Source of the DNA: Octopus bimaculoides
Lineage: Eukaryota
NCBI RefSeq assembly: GCF_001194135.2
Contig: NC_068981.1
Span: forward strand, 100,540,346-100,604,345
Direction: 5' to 3'
DNA: 64,000 nucleotides
In this document: piece after piece, positions 25,219 through 37,840 of the stretch
How positions within the stretch are numbered: position 1 is the first letter of the stretch
Layout: every line of letters begins with the position of its first letter
The notes under the pieces: model-generated
Database searches by the model: none
Told to the model about the DNA's origin: nothing
Seen by the model: the letters and a program-made list of their open reading frames with translations, nothing else
Translations under genes and position numbers: made by a program

Positions 25219-26224
25219 GTAAGTAATCTGTATAATTTTTTCCCTTCAATCATGTATATCATACTTTTTTATTAATAGTTGTATTTACATTAAGAGCAAT
25301 TTTAATAAAGGTGGTTGGATGGATTTTATTTTAATCCAGGACCTTTATACTTTCCTCAGCTGCTTGAAAAGCAGGCCGATGCAAATAGAGACATTTATCT
25401 TCTAAAATTATTTATTATAGAGAAGTTTCAAGTGGTTGCACTAATACTGGATTCTTTATAGTATATATGGCTTCAGGCTTGACAGTTCTGAATCCGAATA
25501 ACACCTCACTTGATTTTTGTTTCCAATCCTCTGAACTCGTTAAAACAAGTACTTTAATGAAGAGCAAAGTATGAAGTTTAGGAAGCAAAACGTTAATTGG
25601 TATGAGTGTATCAGATGGTTTTAGGTGGAAACAGTTCAAAGTAAACTTAATACTACCAATTTTGCTTAGAGGCTTTGAATGAATATTTTATATCTCTTCT
25701 TATACATTAACCTTGAACTTATAGAAAGGTGTCACTGTGTGCTGGAATTTATCCCAAGGATGGATGAATGACACTCCTTGTTCTAAACAGGACCCAAGTT
25801 TGTAGCAGATTTATTGAAACATTTGAGTGTAATTCCACAAGCTAACAAACTTGTCAGTTTTACAGTGTCTTTGCTACTTATAGTAGTAAATTTAACTTCA
25901 TTTTACTTCTTTAGGTAGACTGTACCATTAAACCACTGTTTGACAAAGGCATAGTATAATGTCAGTGACAGAATATGAACTGTTGATTCCTTGGCATTCT
26001 AACAATCCATCCCTCTGGAGTACAATTGACTCATTATTTTAAGAACTTCTAGTGTTTCTTTTATCAGTCCTGAAAAGAGTGATAAAAACAACCACTAGGC
26101 ACATACTAGGATCCACTTAACTTATGTTAATGTGAGAAATCATTATTACAGAGAAAGAAAAAAATCAAATTTAGTTTAAACAAAACTTGGTAAATATAAT
26201 TCCACTGTTAAAATAACTTTTGGT

Positions 26225-26440
26225 GGCTGACGTCTGGGATAGGTCACCCACATGAATTGGAATTTCTCTATTTTGACAGGAACTTTTCACAGTGCTCTTG
26301 TAAATAATCTGGAGCATCTTTTTAACAAAAGGATTTTTTTGAGAAATGGTTTCTTTTAAACTCCACCCCTCTCCAGAAAAAAACCCCGTCAAAATGAAGA
26401 AATTTTAATTTACGTGGGCAGCCTATCCCAGATGTCTGCC
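26225..26440. repeat. Inverted repeat (about 60-bp arms, about 90-bp spacer), fold-back element fragment
   Basis: GGCTGACGTCTGGGATAGG..TTTTGACAGG vs CCCCGTCAAAA..CCTATCCCAGATGTCTGCC; a related arm occurs at 46445-46496. Confidence 0.75.
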
Positions 26441-26550
26441 CTTTTATTCCATCAGGTATAAAATTGTTAATCATTAGTATAATTAGGTCAAATAAATGTA
26501 TCTATTTATTTGATAGATATCTTTTTGTATATTTTCTTTTTTCTTCATAG

Positions 26551-26642
26551 CGCTTGAAAGAATTCTTAGATGTAACTGAGCGTTATGAGGACATTGAAGG
26601 AATGGGACGAGCTGCAGAGGCTATTGCACGGGCTTATCAATT
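26551..26642 (+). CDS. TTC29: TTC29-like exon 6 (RLKEFLDVTERYEDIEGMGRAAEAIARAYQ)
   Basis: TTCTTCATAG acceptor at 26550, TT|GTAAGA donor at 26643, phase 0-2. Matches TTC29 LGRGYEAIAK. Confidence 0.93.
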
Positions 26643-27449
26643 GTAAGAATTCATTGCTTTATATGCTATTGATAATGATAAATGTTTCTATAAGCAAAGA
26701 TATTCATAAAGTTGGAGTTTAGTTGTGGATCCAATAATGTTAAGCAGGGAAAACTGAATTGCCTCAGAATAGGACACCAGTTTATTACTGGTAACATTCT
26801 CTGGAGTTATAGTGTCAATTAACAACAGTTAGATGAAGTTCATTAAAATAAAGCCCAGAAAAAAAGCAAATAAAATAAAGAACAAGAAAATAGGGAGGAA
26901 TAAAGAATAGGATTAGGCATAAAATAATAGTACAAACAATGAAATACAATGGAATGAAGAATAGACTAAGGAATAAATTCTATGACATCAAGATTCATGT
27001 AGCAAGCTTGAACTGGAGATTTCTGTGTTGCTGGTTCAATATCTTATTTATTCTAATTGACTCTTGAGACTAACAAATATTTTTTTCATTGAAATAATTG
27101 TCTTGAGTAGAACATGAATAACTAATTATTCTAGCAGCAAATTTGGGAAAACTATTTTTCTGACAAGAATATATTGGAGTAAACAAGTGAGAGACATGTG
27201 AAGAAGCCATACAAGAAATTTATATACTTTAACATATACACATATGTCATTAGATATCTAATGAAATATCTAATAAATATTGTCCAAATATCCTTGAGGC
27301 ATAACTTAGGCTCTTAATTGATTGTTATAATATTAGTTAGCTCTTTACAAAGAAATGATCATAAAGGATTGTAACTATAAGCTAATAAGAAATAAGCTGA
27401 TGCTAAAGTCACATTCTAAAGTACATTTTAAATTTATCAGTTTATTAAT

Positions 27450-28006
27450 AAATATTTGGGATCTTTTTTAAAACGGGGGCCACATTTTTCATTAACGAAA
27501 CACTTTGAAACTTGGAACACTGGTAGAATGTGTTATATAAAACATCTTTTTCTCTTAGTCTTCTTAAAAAAAAAAGAAATCCATAAGTTATTCCATGTTA
27601 AAGTTGTCGTATTTCTGTAATTTCAACCAATCACTGACGTCCATTCAGCCGATATACATTAAGTGCCGACTACATAAACAAACGATTCTGAAACAATTAA
27701 CCCTAACCCTAACTCTAACCCTAACNNNNNNNNNNTAAAACGAAGGTATGGAGATTAAATACGCTTTACATCGCTTAATCAGCCAAAGGAGTAAATGTAA
27801 ACAACTGAATACTTGTCAGTGATTGGTTGAAATTATCGAAATAAGACAATTTTTTACATGAAATAAATTCGAATACAAAAATATTTTTCTGTTCTATAAC
27901 ACAAAATAGATAAGTATACGAAGTTTGAAAGTCTTTCCGTACCAAAAACACTACATAAAACATTAATGAAAAATGTGGCCCCCGTTTTAAAATAGATCCA
28001 ATATTT
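27450..28006. mobile_element. Fold-back MITE with nested inverted repeats and a central (TAACCC)n tract
   Basis: Outer TIRs of about 45 bp (27450-27495 / 27962-28006), inner 33-bp IR (27606-27638 / 27815-27847), TAACCC x4-5 at 27698-27725 next to a 10-N gap. Confidence 0.85.
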
Positions 28007-28008
28007 GT

Positions 28009-28225
28009 TATCATCATCACCATTTAACGTCCATTGCCCCTGCTGGCATGGGTCAGATGGTTTGACCAGGGCTGGTAAGTTGAGGGGCTGCACCAGACTC
28101 CAGTCTGATTTGGTTTCTGTGGCTGGATGTGCCCTTCCTAACGCCAACCATTCCAAGAGTGATATGAGTGCTTTTACATGCCACCAGCACATATGCCAGT
28201 TGCATGACACCAGTATCTGCCACGA
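28009..28225 (-). mobile_element. RTE-tail copy
   Basis: CATCATCACCATTTAACGTCC...CCCTTCCTAACGCCAACC. A similar copy lies at about 28930-29130. Confidence 0.8.
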
Positions 28226-29443
28226 CTACAATGTTAAATATAGCAATTTATATGAATGAAAAAGAAAATGCAGAGTATCAAGCTAACAGAAAAAAGAAGC
28301 AACTTCGGAGGACCATTAATGATGTTAGCTGTGTTCCCATGCAAATGGACAACACTTATTGGGTAAAAAATTGATGTATCTCCATTTGGTGAGATACTTG
28401 TAGCAGAGAAAAGCTTAGAAAATGTAATGAAGAGGATAAAGTCTCAGGATATTGAGCTTCATTGAATGACACAGGGGCAGCATTCTTTACTACACACTAT
28501 CTAATCTGTGCCAGCTTGAGAAAATGCATGTTAAACAACAGAGATGATAGTTTGTTACATCTTCATTAGTTTCTGTACAGCACTAGACACATTAGCTGTT
28601 CAAATACTGCTGTAATTATAACTCTGTTCATTGGTTAAAAAAAAATCATCTAAGATTTTGGTTGAAATTATTGATCATCAAATTATATTTCATTGTCTAC
28701 ATACACAAAATGTACTGAATTAAGAATATACTTCTAAATTAGCAGATTGGCATTAGCATATTTTCTTATCATATTTCCCAGCATAGAAGTCTAATTTTTC
28801 AGACCACAATTTATAGCCAAAAAAGGTAGTTCACCTTATATACCAAGACAATTTTGGATGACCAAAATTTCTTTGTGAAATGCAGCCAGATTTAGAAAGA
28901 CAATGATGATGTTTGAATCCTTACACTACATCGTCGTCGTCATCATCATCATCATCATTGTCATCATTTAGTATCTGCTTTCTATGCTGGCATGAGTTAG
29001 ACAGATTGACTGGAGCTGGAAAGCTCCACAGAGTTCCAGTATGGTTTGGTTTGACTTCTACAGCTGGATGCCCTTCCTAATGCCAACCATTCCAAGAGTG
29101 TAATGGATGCTTTTTACATTCTACCAGTACATTTACATTGCTACATTGCTTTGTATACTTTAAAATATGGTAATTCATTTCTGATTAATGATTATCCTTG
29201 ATTTATCTGAAACAAGAGTTACTCTTTTGTCATTGTCTTCATTTTGTCCAAATGTTATGTTGTTTTCTTTTTTTACTACTATGTTTAATCTACTTGAGTG
29301 TTTTTTTAACTGTAAATCTGGTTCTAACTTTATATAAATCTTAAAATGGTTTCAAATACCCTTCAAAAATCACCTGATTTAAGTGACATTTAAAGTTATT
29401 TTATGAGTGTAATTATGTTTAAAATGATATCATGTTATTTCAG

Positions 29444-29567
29444 AAAAGGCAATACTGAAGCATGCATCAATTATTTAAAATTTGCTGTTGACACGGCTGA
29501 AAAAAGTGGTCAACAAAAAGCTTACAGTAATGCTTGTCACCATTTGGGTTGTATATACAACTCTTTG
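29444..29567 (+). CDS. TTC29: TTC29-like exon 7 (KGNTEACINYLKFAVDTAEKSGQQKAYSNACHHLGCIYNSL)
   Basis: TATTTCAG acceptor at 29443, TTG|GTAAGC donor at 29568, phase 2-0. TPR signature A..LG.IY. Confidence 0.93.
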
Positions 29568-29698
29568 GTAAGCTATATTTCATTATATAATCTACTTAAT
29601 GACGTTTGCATGTATTTCTGATTTCTGTGTACATCTGTCTTTATGCATAAATTATAACTGAAGATTCTCTAATAATAATAATGTACAATAACAGTGAC

Positions 29699-30033
29699 AG
29701 TGCATGACTCAGTGGTTAGAGCATCAGGCTCACAATCATGTGGTAGTGAGTTCAATTCCTGGGCCAGGCTGTGTTGTATTCTTGAGCAAGACACTTTATT
29801 TCACAATGTTCCAGTTCACTCACCTGTAGAAATGAGTTGCAACATCACCAATGCCAAGCTATATCAGCCTTTGCTTTTCCCTTGGATAACATCAGTGGTG
29901 TGGAGAGGGGAGACTGGTATGCATGGGCAACTGCTGGTTTTCCATAAGACAACCTTGCCCAAACTTGTGCCTTGGAGAGGAACTTTCTAGGTGCAATTCC
30001 ATGGTCATTCATGACCGAAGGGCGTCTTTACCC
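29699..30033 (+). mobile_element. SINE family C
   Basis: Same head and body as 13262-13582. A partial minus copy lies at 21798-21967. Confidence 0.85.
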
Positions 30034-31746
30034 TTATGATAACTGACAGGTCTGTTGGTCATGTCACAAGTTATTTTGTTATAGCTTTACATTGTATACT
30101 TCTTATACTAATTACCTAAGATAGATATTTTCTTTTGCTTCTCCTGTTTAACCACTTACTTCATTAGCAATAGCTNNNNNNNNNNCTTTACCCTTATGAT
30201 AACTGACAGGTCTGTTGGTCATGTCACAAGTTATTATTTTGTTATAGCTTTACATTGTATACTTCTTATACTAATTACCAAAGATAGGTATTTTCTTTTG
30301 CTTCTCCTGTTTAACCACTTACTTCATTAGCAATAGCTATGGTATATTGTGACAACAATAAGTATTTATATATACTTTATGATAGTTATTTCCAAAAAAA
30401 TAATCCATCCATTCTAACATAGAAAAAAGAAATATTAAGCATTTAAATAAACTTTATTGTCTTATATCAGTTAACACTTAAATGCTATATTATCAATATT
30501 AGGTTGGGCTTTAAGGCGATGAGCTGGTAGAATTGCTAGCAGGCTTAACAGCATTTCATTCATCTTTACATTCTAAGTTCAAATGCAGTTGAGTACTGGA
30601 GTCAATGTAATCGACTTATCCTCTCCCCCCAAATCACTGGCCTTGTGCCAAAATCTGAAACCAATATAATGTTGGGTTTTACTGTGTAGTCTACTGACAG
30701 CAACATACCAAGCTAAATACATGACCATGCTTTATTTCTCAGTGTTTTTAATTTCAAATCTTTCAGTGTTACATTTTTTTCTTTCATTCTTCCAAAATTG
30801 ACAAAATAAATACTATGCATATATTAGATTGATTAAATAAATTCCTGTAAAATAATGTTTTCTGATTTCGGCACACAGCCAGCAGTTTTGTGGGGAGGCG
30901 AAGGGAGAAGTCTGTACCATCAACCCCAACACTTTTTATTTTATTGACCCCAGTGGGATGAAAGGTAAATTTGACGTCAGTGGGATTTGAACTCAGAACA
31001 TAAACAGTCAGAATGGTATTTTATCTAGCACTTTAACAATTCTACTAATCCACTACCCTAAAGTCCTGCAAAATAACAGGCACAGTTCAATTGACTACAC
31101 ACTTCCCCTACAAATTCATGGCTTTGTACCCATGGGAGAAATCTGTACTTAGTATTTGTAAGGGGTAAGTATCATGGCTTGATTTCCATTCTTTGCTAAA
31201 AATCTTTCATTCTACATACTTCAAAAGGATTTTATATATATATTATATATCAGGCTTTGTTATGATTGTGTAGAATGTCATTAATAGGTATGTGAAAAGT
31301 GTAGGTGTATTGTGGAGTTGAATTAGCTTACTTTGTTGAGCATTGAATAGTCAGTGTTCATGAACAATACTCACTACATTACTTCTGACAAATTGTAATT
31401 TTGTTTGTTCACATACTTAGACGAGATGTGAGAAAATCAATGAGTAGTTTTCTCAACAAAGCCATCTATTTACATACACGGGTAATAGATGTTGGATAAT
31501 ATCCATAGTCTCAGTTGATCACTCTTGGGAATCCAACCAGAAAAACCTAATGATAGTTGCTTCTAATAGGACCCTATGGAGGAGGTGCCTGAGGACCTTC
31601 CCAGGAATGGTTTGGTGAAGATTGATGGAGATGGTAGATGATGAGTGCTTAGTACTTACAACAATTTTTTCAACAACTTATAAGTTTTGTCCATTCTCAT
31701 ACATTAACTGGATAATATGATTTGATTGATTTTTTTTCCTTTTCAG

Positions 31747-32022
31747 TGTATGCATTCTCATGCTGTTGAGTACTTCAACAAGGCATACAACATATCTCGA
31801 GCTTTGAATGACACTTCATCCTTAAATGCTAACCGTGTGCATTTTGGTATCTCATTGGCTCATAAGATGAATGAAGCATATATATGCCACTTATATGCTC
31901 CACTATTGAAACCTGATAATTCTTTGCTCAAATGGAAATGTTTTAGAACAGAAGAGTTTGCTGTTGAAGAGTTTAGCAAAACAGCTCTATTTGGAAATGG
32001 AAGCACTGATGGACCCAACTAA
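31747..32022 (+). CDS. TTC29: TTC29-like last coding exon 8 (CMHSHAVEYFNKAY...RVHFGISLAHKM...LLKWK...GPN*)
   Basis: TTTTCAG acceptor at 31746, stop TAA at 32020-32022. Matches TTC29 KVHYGIAKAHQM and LLSWK. The eight exons sum to 1380 nt = 459 aa + stop. Confidence 0.93.
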   Translation, partial: CMHSHAVEYFNKAYNISRALNDTSSLNANRVHFGISLAHKMNEAYICHLYAPLLKPDNSLLKWKCFRTEEFAVEEFSKTALFGNGSTDGPN

Positions 32023-32489
32023 ATCATCTTAATTATCAAATAATAAGGTAGTTTTATGTTTCTATTTATGCATAGATTTTCCTTGTAAGAAAACACTCAC
32101 TGATTTCTGATACATTATAAAAATGCTAATTCACTTTATGAAATTCAATGCGTATTTCAGGAAATGATTAATAGTTCCACTGTTTTTGTGCCTTTTAACC
32201 TTAATATATATATACATATGTGATAGATATGCAGTCACAATTGTGCTGGATTGGTCACATCATCAGAATGAGGGACGAAAGAATACCTAAAGTCTTCATG
32301 TACAGTCAGCTTGATAGTGGGTACAGGAATGTTGACTAACCATCTGCAGGTTTCTTTGCAAATCATTAGCAGGACTCAAATATCATATTCTACATAAGCA
32401 TTCAAAGAAGGTGTAGGTATTCAGAGCCTTATATGTCAAAACTAATGGGAGAGTCCACCATTGTGTGTGTGTATAGTATATGTATATAC

Positions 32490-32703
32490 TACATCTAACA
32501 GTTGAGGGAACCCGTGGAAGAGGTAGGCCCAGGAAGACCTGGCCTGAGGTGGTGAGGCAAGACCTTCGTACATTGGGCCTCACCGAGGCGATGACTACGG
32601 ACCGAGACCTTTGGAAATGGGCTGTGCGTGAGAAGACCCGGCAAGCCAAGTAAGATCGTTGCCAGTGCCCCTGGACTGGTTCTTGTGCGGGTGGCACATG
32701 AGA
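32490..32703 (+). mobile_element. RTE LINE ORF2 C-terminus running directly into the 3'UTR repeat
   Basis: TVEGTRGRGRPRKTW...REKTRQAK* followed by GATCGTTGCCAGTGCC, linking the dispersed tail repeat to the LINE. Confidence 0.85.
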
Positions 32704-32905
32704 NNNNNNNNNNNNNNNNNNNNNNNNNNNNNNNNNNNNNNNNNNNNNNNNNNNNNNNNNNNNNNNNNNNNNNNNNNNNNNNNNNNNNNNNNNNNNNNNN
32801 NNNNNNNNNNNNNNNNNNNNNNNNNNNNNNNNNNNNNNNNNNNNNNNNNNNNNNNNNNNNNNNNNNNNNNNNNNNNNNNNNNNNNNNNNNNNNNNNNNNN
32901 NNNNN

Positions 32906-32948
<43 letters not shown>

Positions 32949-33503
32949 CAGGCTTCTTTATTTTTTTGGCGGACTCTGTATGTATAATGGGCTTCTTTGA
33001 GTTTCTATCTACCAAATCCACTTACAAGGCTAGGTTCTACACAGTGGGGCTGAACTTAGAACCACGTGGTTGGGAAGCAAACTTCTTACCACACTGCCAC
33101 ACCTGCACCTATATATCTATGAGAAATAAAAACTTTTTTATATCATGCTGCCCATACCTACACTTATTCACTGAATCAGCTTTATATCTTTCTCTCACCT
33201 CCAGTACTTGTACTTTCCTCATCTTATACTAAATAACTCACTCTATCGTTCTTCTGTATATTTCTCTTACACACAAAATATGAATATTCTTCATCTAATA
33301 ATTTATTTGTGAAAATTTAAGCTAAACATTATCCATTCTAACCTCACTAAGTTATCCTTACACAACCTCTAAAGAAGCCTACATAGAATAATAGCTATGA
33401 CACTTTTCCCCCCTCTGTGTGTGAAAATGAGAAACTAATCAGTCTCACTCCAGATATCTTAAACATTTGTTTATACTTCTTACAATATTTTACTTCTTCA
33501 CAG

Positions 33504-33650
33504 ATTCTGGAGCAAGGCATCCAAAGTTGACCATAGAGAAATTATTATCAAACAGAGAAACTTCTTGGCAAAAAAAAAAAGAAGAAATGTTTGCAAAGTC
33601 AATGTGTTCGTGTTAAATACTTCAATAATAAAGCTATTAACATATTTTAA
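33504..33650 (+). other. Candidate non-coding terminal (3'UTR) exon of TTC29 with poly(A) signal
   Basis: TTTACTTCTTCACAG acceptor at 33503, AATAAA at 33627-33632 followed by a T/GT-rich tract. Candidate donor AAG|GTAGTT at 32048. Confidence 0.4.
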
Positions 33651-33710
33651 TATATTTGCTATTTTATTTTGTTTGTATTACTTTTGTGCTTTGTTTTTCA
33701 TTTATTTCTA

Positions 33711-33790
33711 AAATGTCTCTCTTTTTACAAATTGTCTCTCTTTTTACAAATTGTCTCTCTTTTTACAAATTGTCTCTCTTTTACAATTAC
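33711..33790. repeat. Minisatellite, about 19-20-bp unit TTTTACAAATTGTCTCTC x4
   Basis: Direct tandem copies visible. Confidence 0.85.
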
Positions 33791-34109
33791 CTTATGTTTT
33801 ACAGTTGCTACAAAAATATCATATTGGTCAGATTATTACATGTTACTGTTGTCAACTCATCTTTATAACCAACAACAACCACCGTTATCATTTTTTCATC
33901 ATCATCATCATCATCATCATCACCACCACCACCACCATTTCCCTCATCATCACAAACATTGGCTACCACCATCATCCTCATCAGCTTCATAACCACAGGC
34001 CAACAAAAGATCCTCTACACAGTAGCTCAACTCATTAAAAATAGTAGCCAAGTCTTCCTTACTGTCATACTCAACTGTCATAGATAAAGAAGAATACATT
34101 AAACAATGG

Positions 34110-34373
34110 TGCTAGTGGTACATAAAAAGCACTGGTGACGGTACCACATAAAAAGCACTGGTGATGGTACCACATAAAATGCACTGGTGCTGGTGCCACA
34201 TAAAAATTACAGGTGACGGTGTCACATAAAAAGCACCCAGTACACTCTGTAAAGTGGTTGGCATTAGAAAGGGCATCCAGCCAAAACAGACTGGAACCTG
34301 CTGCAGATTCTGGCCTTGCCAGCTCTTGTCAAACCACCCAACCCATGCCAGTATGTTAAATGATGATGATGAA
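34110..34373 (+). mobile_element. RTE-tail copy with a tandem array of about 26-bp modules
   Basis: GGTGA(C/T)GGTACCACATAAAAAGCACT-like unit x4-5 at about 34115-34240, then the common core and (GAT)n. Confidence 0.8.
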
Positions 34374-34804
34374 TCCTTGACATACAAGAAGACATGATGG
34401 TCATAACTGGATTGGTTTTAATCATAAATTTGTTTGATTAGGGCTGTTTTGTGGCTAAATCATAATCAGAAAGTCATAATTGGATTGTTATATGATTACT
34501 TGACCAGCTAAGGATAGCAACCAAGTTCCATCAAATCGTGCCTAACCATCTTAAAAAAAAAAAAAGGAAGGTCACATTAGATAATGTAGTCCAAAATACA
34601 CAACATCTGAGAAAAAAATGGGATGATCATGGTTGGAACATCAAAGATGTTTCATAACCAAGGTATTTTGGGTAGTTTTTAGATCTAGCTGAGCCCATTC
34701 CTCTCCAGGTTTGATGACAGCTAAATTCTTCCAGAAAGAGAAGAATCAACTTCAGTGCAAGACGGGTATTTCATTTATTGATTTCAGTAGTAAATGAATT
34801 CAGT

Positions 34805-35126
34805 GAAGGCATGTGGCTTAGTGGTTAGGGGTATTCGGCTCACGACCAAATGGTCATGAGTTCAAAAACCATCAGCACATTGTATTCCAAAGCAAGACAC
34901 TTTATTTCACATTACTCCAGTTCATTCAGCTGGTAAAATTGAGCTGTACCTGTAATTCAAAGGGCCAGCTTTGTCACATTTTGTGTCATGCTGAATCTCC
35001 CTGAGAACTACGTTAAGGGTACACATGTCTATGGAATGCTCAGCTACTTGCATGTTAATTTCATGAGCAGGCTGTTCCATTGATTGGATCAACTGGAAGC
35101 TTTATCATTGTAAACAATGGAGTGCC
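34805..35126 (+). mobile_element. SINE family C variant (same head and core, different 3' body)
   Basis: GTGGCTTAGTGGTTAGGGTATTCGGCTCACG head and AGCAAGACACTTTATTTCAC core. Confidence 0.78.
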
Positions 35127-36032
35127 AGTTTTTTTTTATATGATCTCAGAGTGCAAACAACCAGGACGATTATCTCAAAGTAACCTATCCAACATTCTTA
35201 CAACTCTATCAGTTTCCCCACCTTGTTTGTATGTGTGTGTGCAAGCATATGTACATGTGTGTGTGTGTGCAAACATATGTACGTGTGTGTGTGTGTGTGT
35301 GTGTGCATGATTATATACATCAGCAGGTAAACTGAAACACCAATGCTTTTGAATAAAAATGCGCTGTGAGGTATTTGCTCTGAGTTGCATCAACACTCCC
35401 TTGTCAGTCTTACTGTCAGAAATGTGGACAAATAATTGATCATTAGAAACCTATGATCAATAACACTATTGTATTCTAAATGTAACATAAGATAAATAAG
35501 TAAATATGTTTGAACTATAAACAATATGAGGTTAATAAATATTCAGAATTTGTGCCGATTTTGAGAAATTAAGAATAGTGAAGTATGACTGTAATAATTT
35601 TTTAAAAAAGAAGAGAATAACAGTGTTTAAATACATCAACAGGAAAGAATGAAATAATTTTTTAAATGATGGGATAAAAATACCCTTCAAAGATTCTTCT
35701 TGATTGTGACATCACATTTACCACCTTCTGGAATTCCCACCTGCTCATGTTTTTACCTTTATCTATTCAGTTACAAAGGCTGAAATGATGCAAAATGTAT
35801 TGTGACCAGCAATGTGTAACAACATCTGATAATCTGGTTGGTCATGTGATATTCACTTACAGAAATTAAAACTAGATATCACTTTCATTGATATGCCATA
35901 TAGGAAGGGCTACAAAAAACTATGATCACTGATGTTTCTCTTTTAATTTATGAAACAAAACTTATTTTACCAGCACAAAAGCTGTATATTCCAGAGAATA
36001 AGAAATAAGCAGTGACATAACATTGCTTAAAC

Positions 36033-36333
36033 CAGTGGTTCTCAACCATTTTTTTTTTAATCTATAGACCCCTTTGATGACTATTTTACTCTGGTGGACC
36101 TCCATAACCTCTCAATGTTTACAAATTAGTTTCATAAAATCTTCTTTCAAAATTTTGTAGGTTGAACTTTGTAAAATATTTGAGAAAGAAACCTAGCTGT
36201 TTCTCCCGATAAACACATCTAAATCGAAATTTTTTTTCATGGAATTGTAATATACTACTGTGTGTATCCAGCTTATTGTTTTGCTTGCAAGGACCCTCAA
36301 AAATCTAATATGGACCCTGGTTGAAGACCACTG
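36033..36333. mobile_element. hAT-Charlie-type MITE
   Basis: TIR CAGTGGTTCTCAACC / GGTTGAAGACCACTG; diverged 8-bp TSD GCTTAAAC/GCTTTAAT. Confidence 0.8.
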
Positions 36334-37426
36334 GCTTTAATGAAAGGAAATTATTTCAGATGAAGATTGACAAGTGGGGATTGAAAGTATACTGGGAATG
36401 GTGTTTCTTGTTTTATGGCACTTGCTACAAAACAAATCTTGAGGCTGAGGAATCAGAAATAAGAATGGTATCTTTTAGTAAAAGACATACTCCAATAGTT
36501 AGTGTAATACACTGAAAAAATCTCCAGCTTTAAAAAAAATTTTTTCTTGATGTCTAGAACTTTTAAGGCTTGTTACTCAGTTTTCTTGGTGTATATGTGA
36601 CTGATATTACAACATTCCCTTGAATGGGATGCTCATCTGTTACAGAGTTCAAGCTAACAATTTTTAAGGGGAAGAGCAAGTAGCTTATATGAACCCCAGT
36701 ACTTGACTGGTACTTTATTTATCGATGGTGAAAACATGAGATTGGTGGGATTTGAAATTAGAACATAAAGAACTGGAAGAAGTGTCACAAAGTATTTTGT
36801 CTTATGTGTTACTGATTCTGCAAGCTTACTGCCTTCTCTCTGACCTATAATAACATTAAAATATAAGTAAACTGTGACATGTTCAAACATTGTTACAGTT
36901 ATTGTTGCAGTTTTCAACTAGAATCATTAGGAATATCATTTGCTTTGGTTTAATAGATATATCTCTTACTCTTCCTACAGAGAATTTATTATCTTAACTC
37001 CACACTCTTTTATGTAGTTTTGTGCATATTTTTGTGTTATTTCTCAAATCATTTCAATGAAAAGGGGAACCTAATGATGGATGAAACAGCGGGTGACTCA
37101 TTGATAAGGCTGATCCACAGTCACAGAAAAGGGATTCAACATTATTTTACCATTTCACTTTGGTGTCTCTTGTAAGGTTAAATCCAGCATGCAGATGATT
37201 AAGACATTTTGACTCACTCCTGGTGAAGACTGAACTAATAGAGATAAAAAAGACACAAAGATTCAAATTTACAAATGGATGTCACTTCTACACTACCAGT
37301 ATGGGAAAATTATATAAAACATAACAAACAAAATGTCTATTTTCCAACAAATCTGTCATAGATCCACAGAATGTTTTTCCATTTTATTCCAGAAAGAATT
37401 TGTTTCTAATCAAAATGTTTTTAAAA

Positions 37427-37840
37427 GGAGTGGCTGTGTGGTAAGTTGTTTGCTTACCAACCACATGGTTCCGGGTTCATTCCCACTGCGTGGCACCTTG
37501 GGTAAGTGTCTTCTACTATAGCCTCGGGCCGACCAAAGCCTTGTGAGTGGATTTGGTAGACGGAAACTGAAAGAAGCCGGTCGTATATATGTATATATAT
37601 ATATGTATATGTGTGTATATGTTTGTGTGTCTGTGTTTGTCCCCCCAACATCACTTGACAACTGATGGTGGTGTGTTTAGGTCCCCTTAACTTAGCGGTT
37701 CGGCAAAAGAGACCGATAGAATAAGTACTAGGCATCCAAAGAATAAGTCCTGGGGTCGATTTGCTCAACTAAAGGCAGTGCTCCAGCATGGCCGCTGTCA
37801 AATGACTGAAACAAGTAAAAGAGTAAATAGTAAGAGTAAA
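37427..37840 (+). mobile_element. SINE family A, full length, CpG-rich
   Basis: Same head, core and tail; tail AAGTAAAAGAGTAA repeats. Confidence 0.88.

Noticed and set aside
27698-27725. True chromosome end / telomere
   Set aside because: The short hexamer tract lies inside a symmetric MITE within a continuous gene whose exons continue on both sides.
30026-30338. 150/153-bp tandem duplication
   Set aside because: The two copies flank a 10-N gap and differ by only a few bases and a 3-nt indel, typical of unmerged allelic contig ends.
33669-34038. Poly-His / poly-Ile / poly-Asp ORFs
   Set aside because: These are translations of (CAT)n/(CAC)n microsatellite with no splice or homology support.
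34115-34240. CRISPR-like array of ~26-bp repeats
   Set aside because: Units are contiguous without unique spacers, belong to the LINE 3'UTR module, and there are no cas genes in this eukaryotic DNA.
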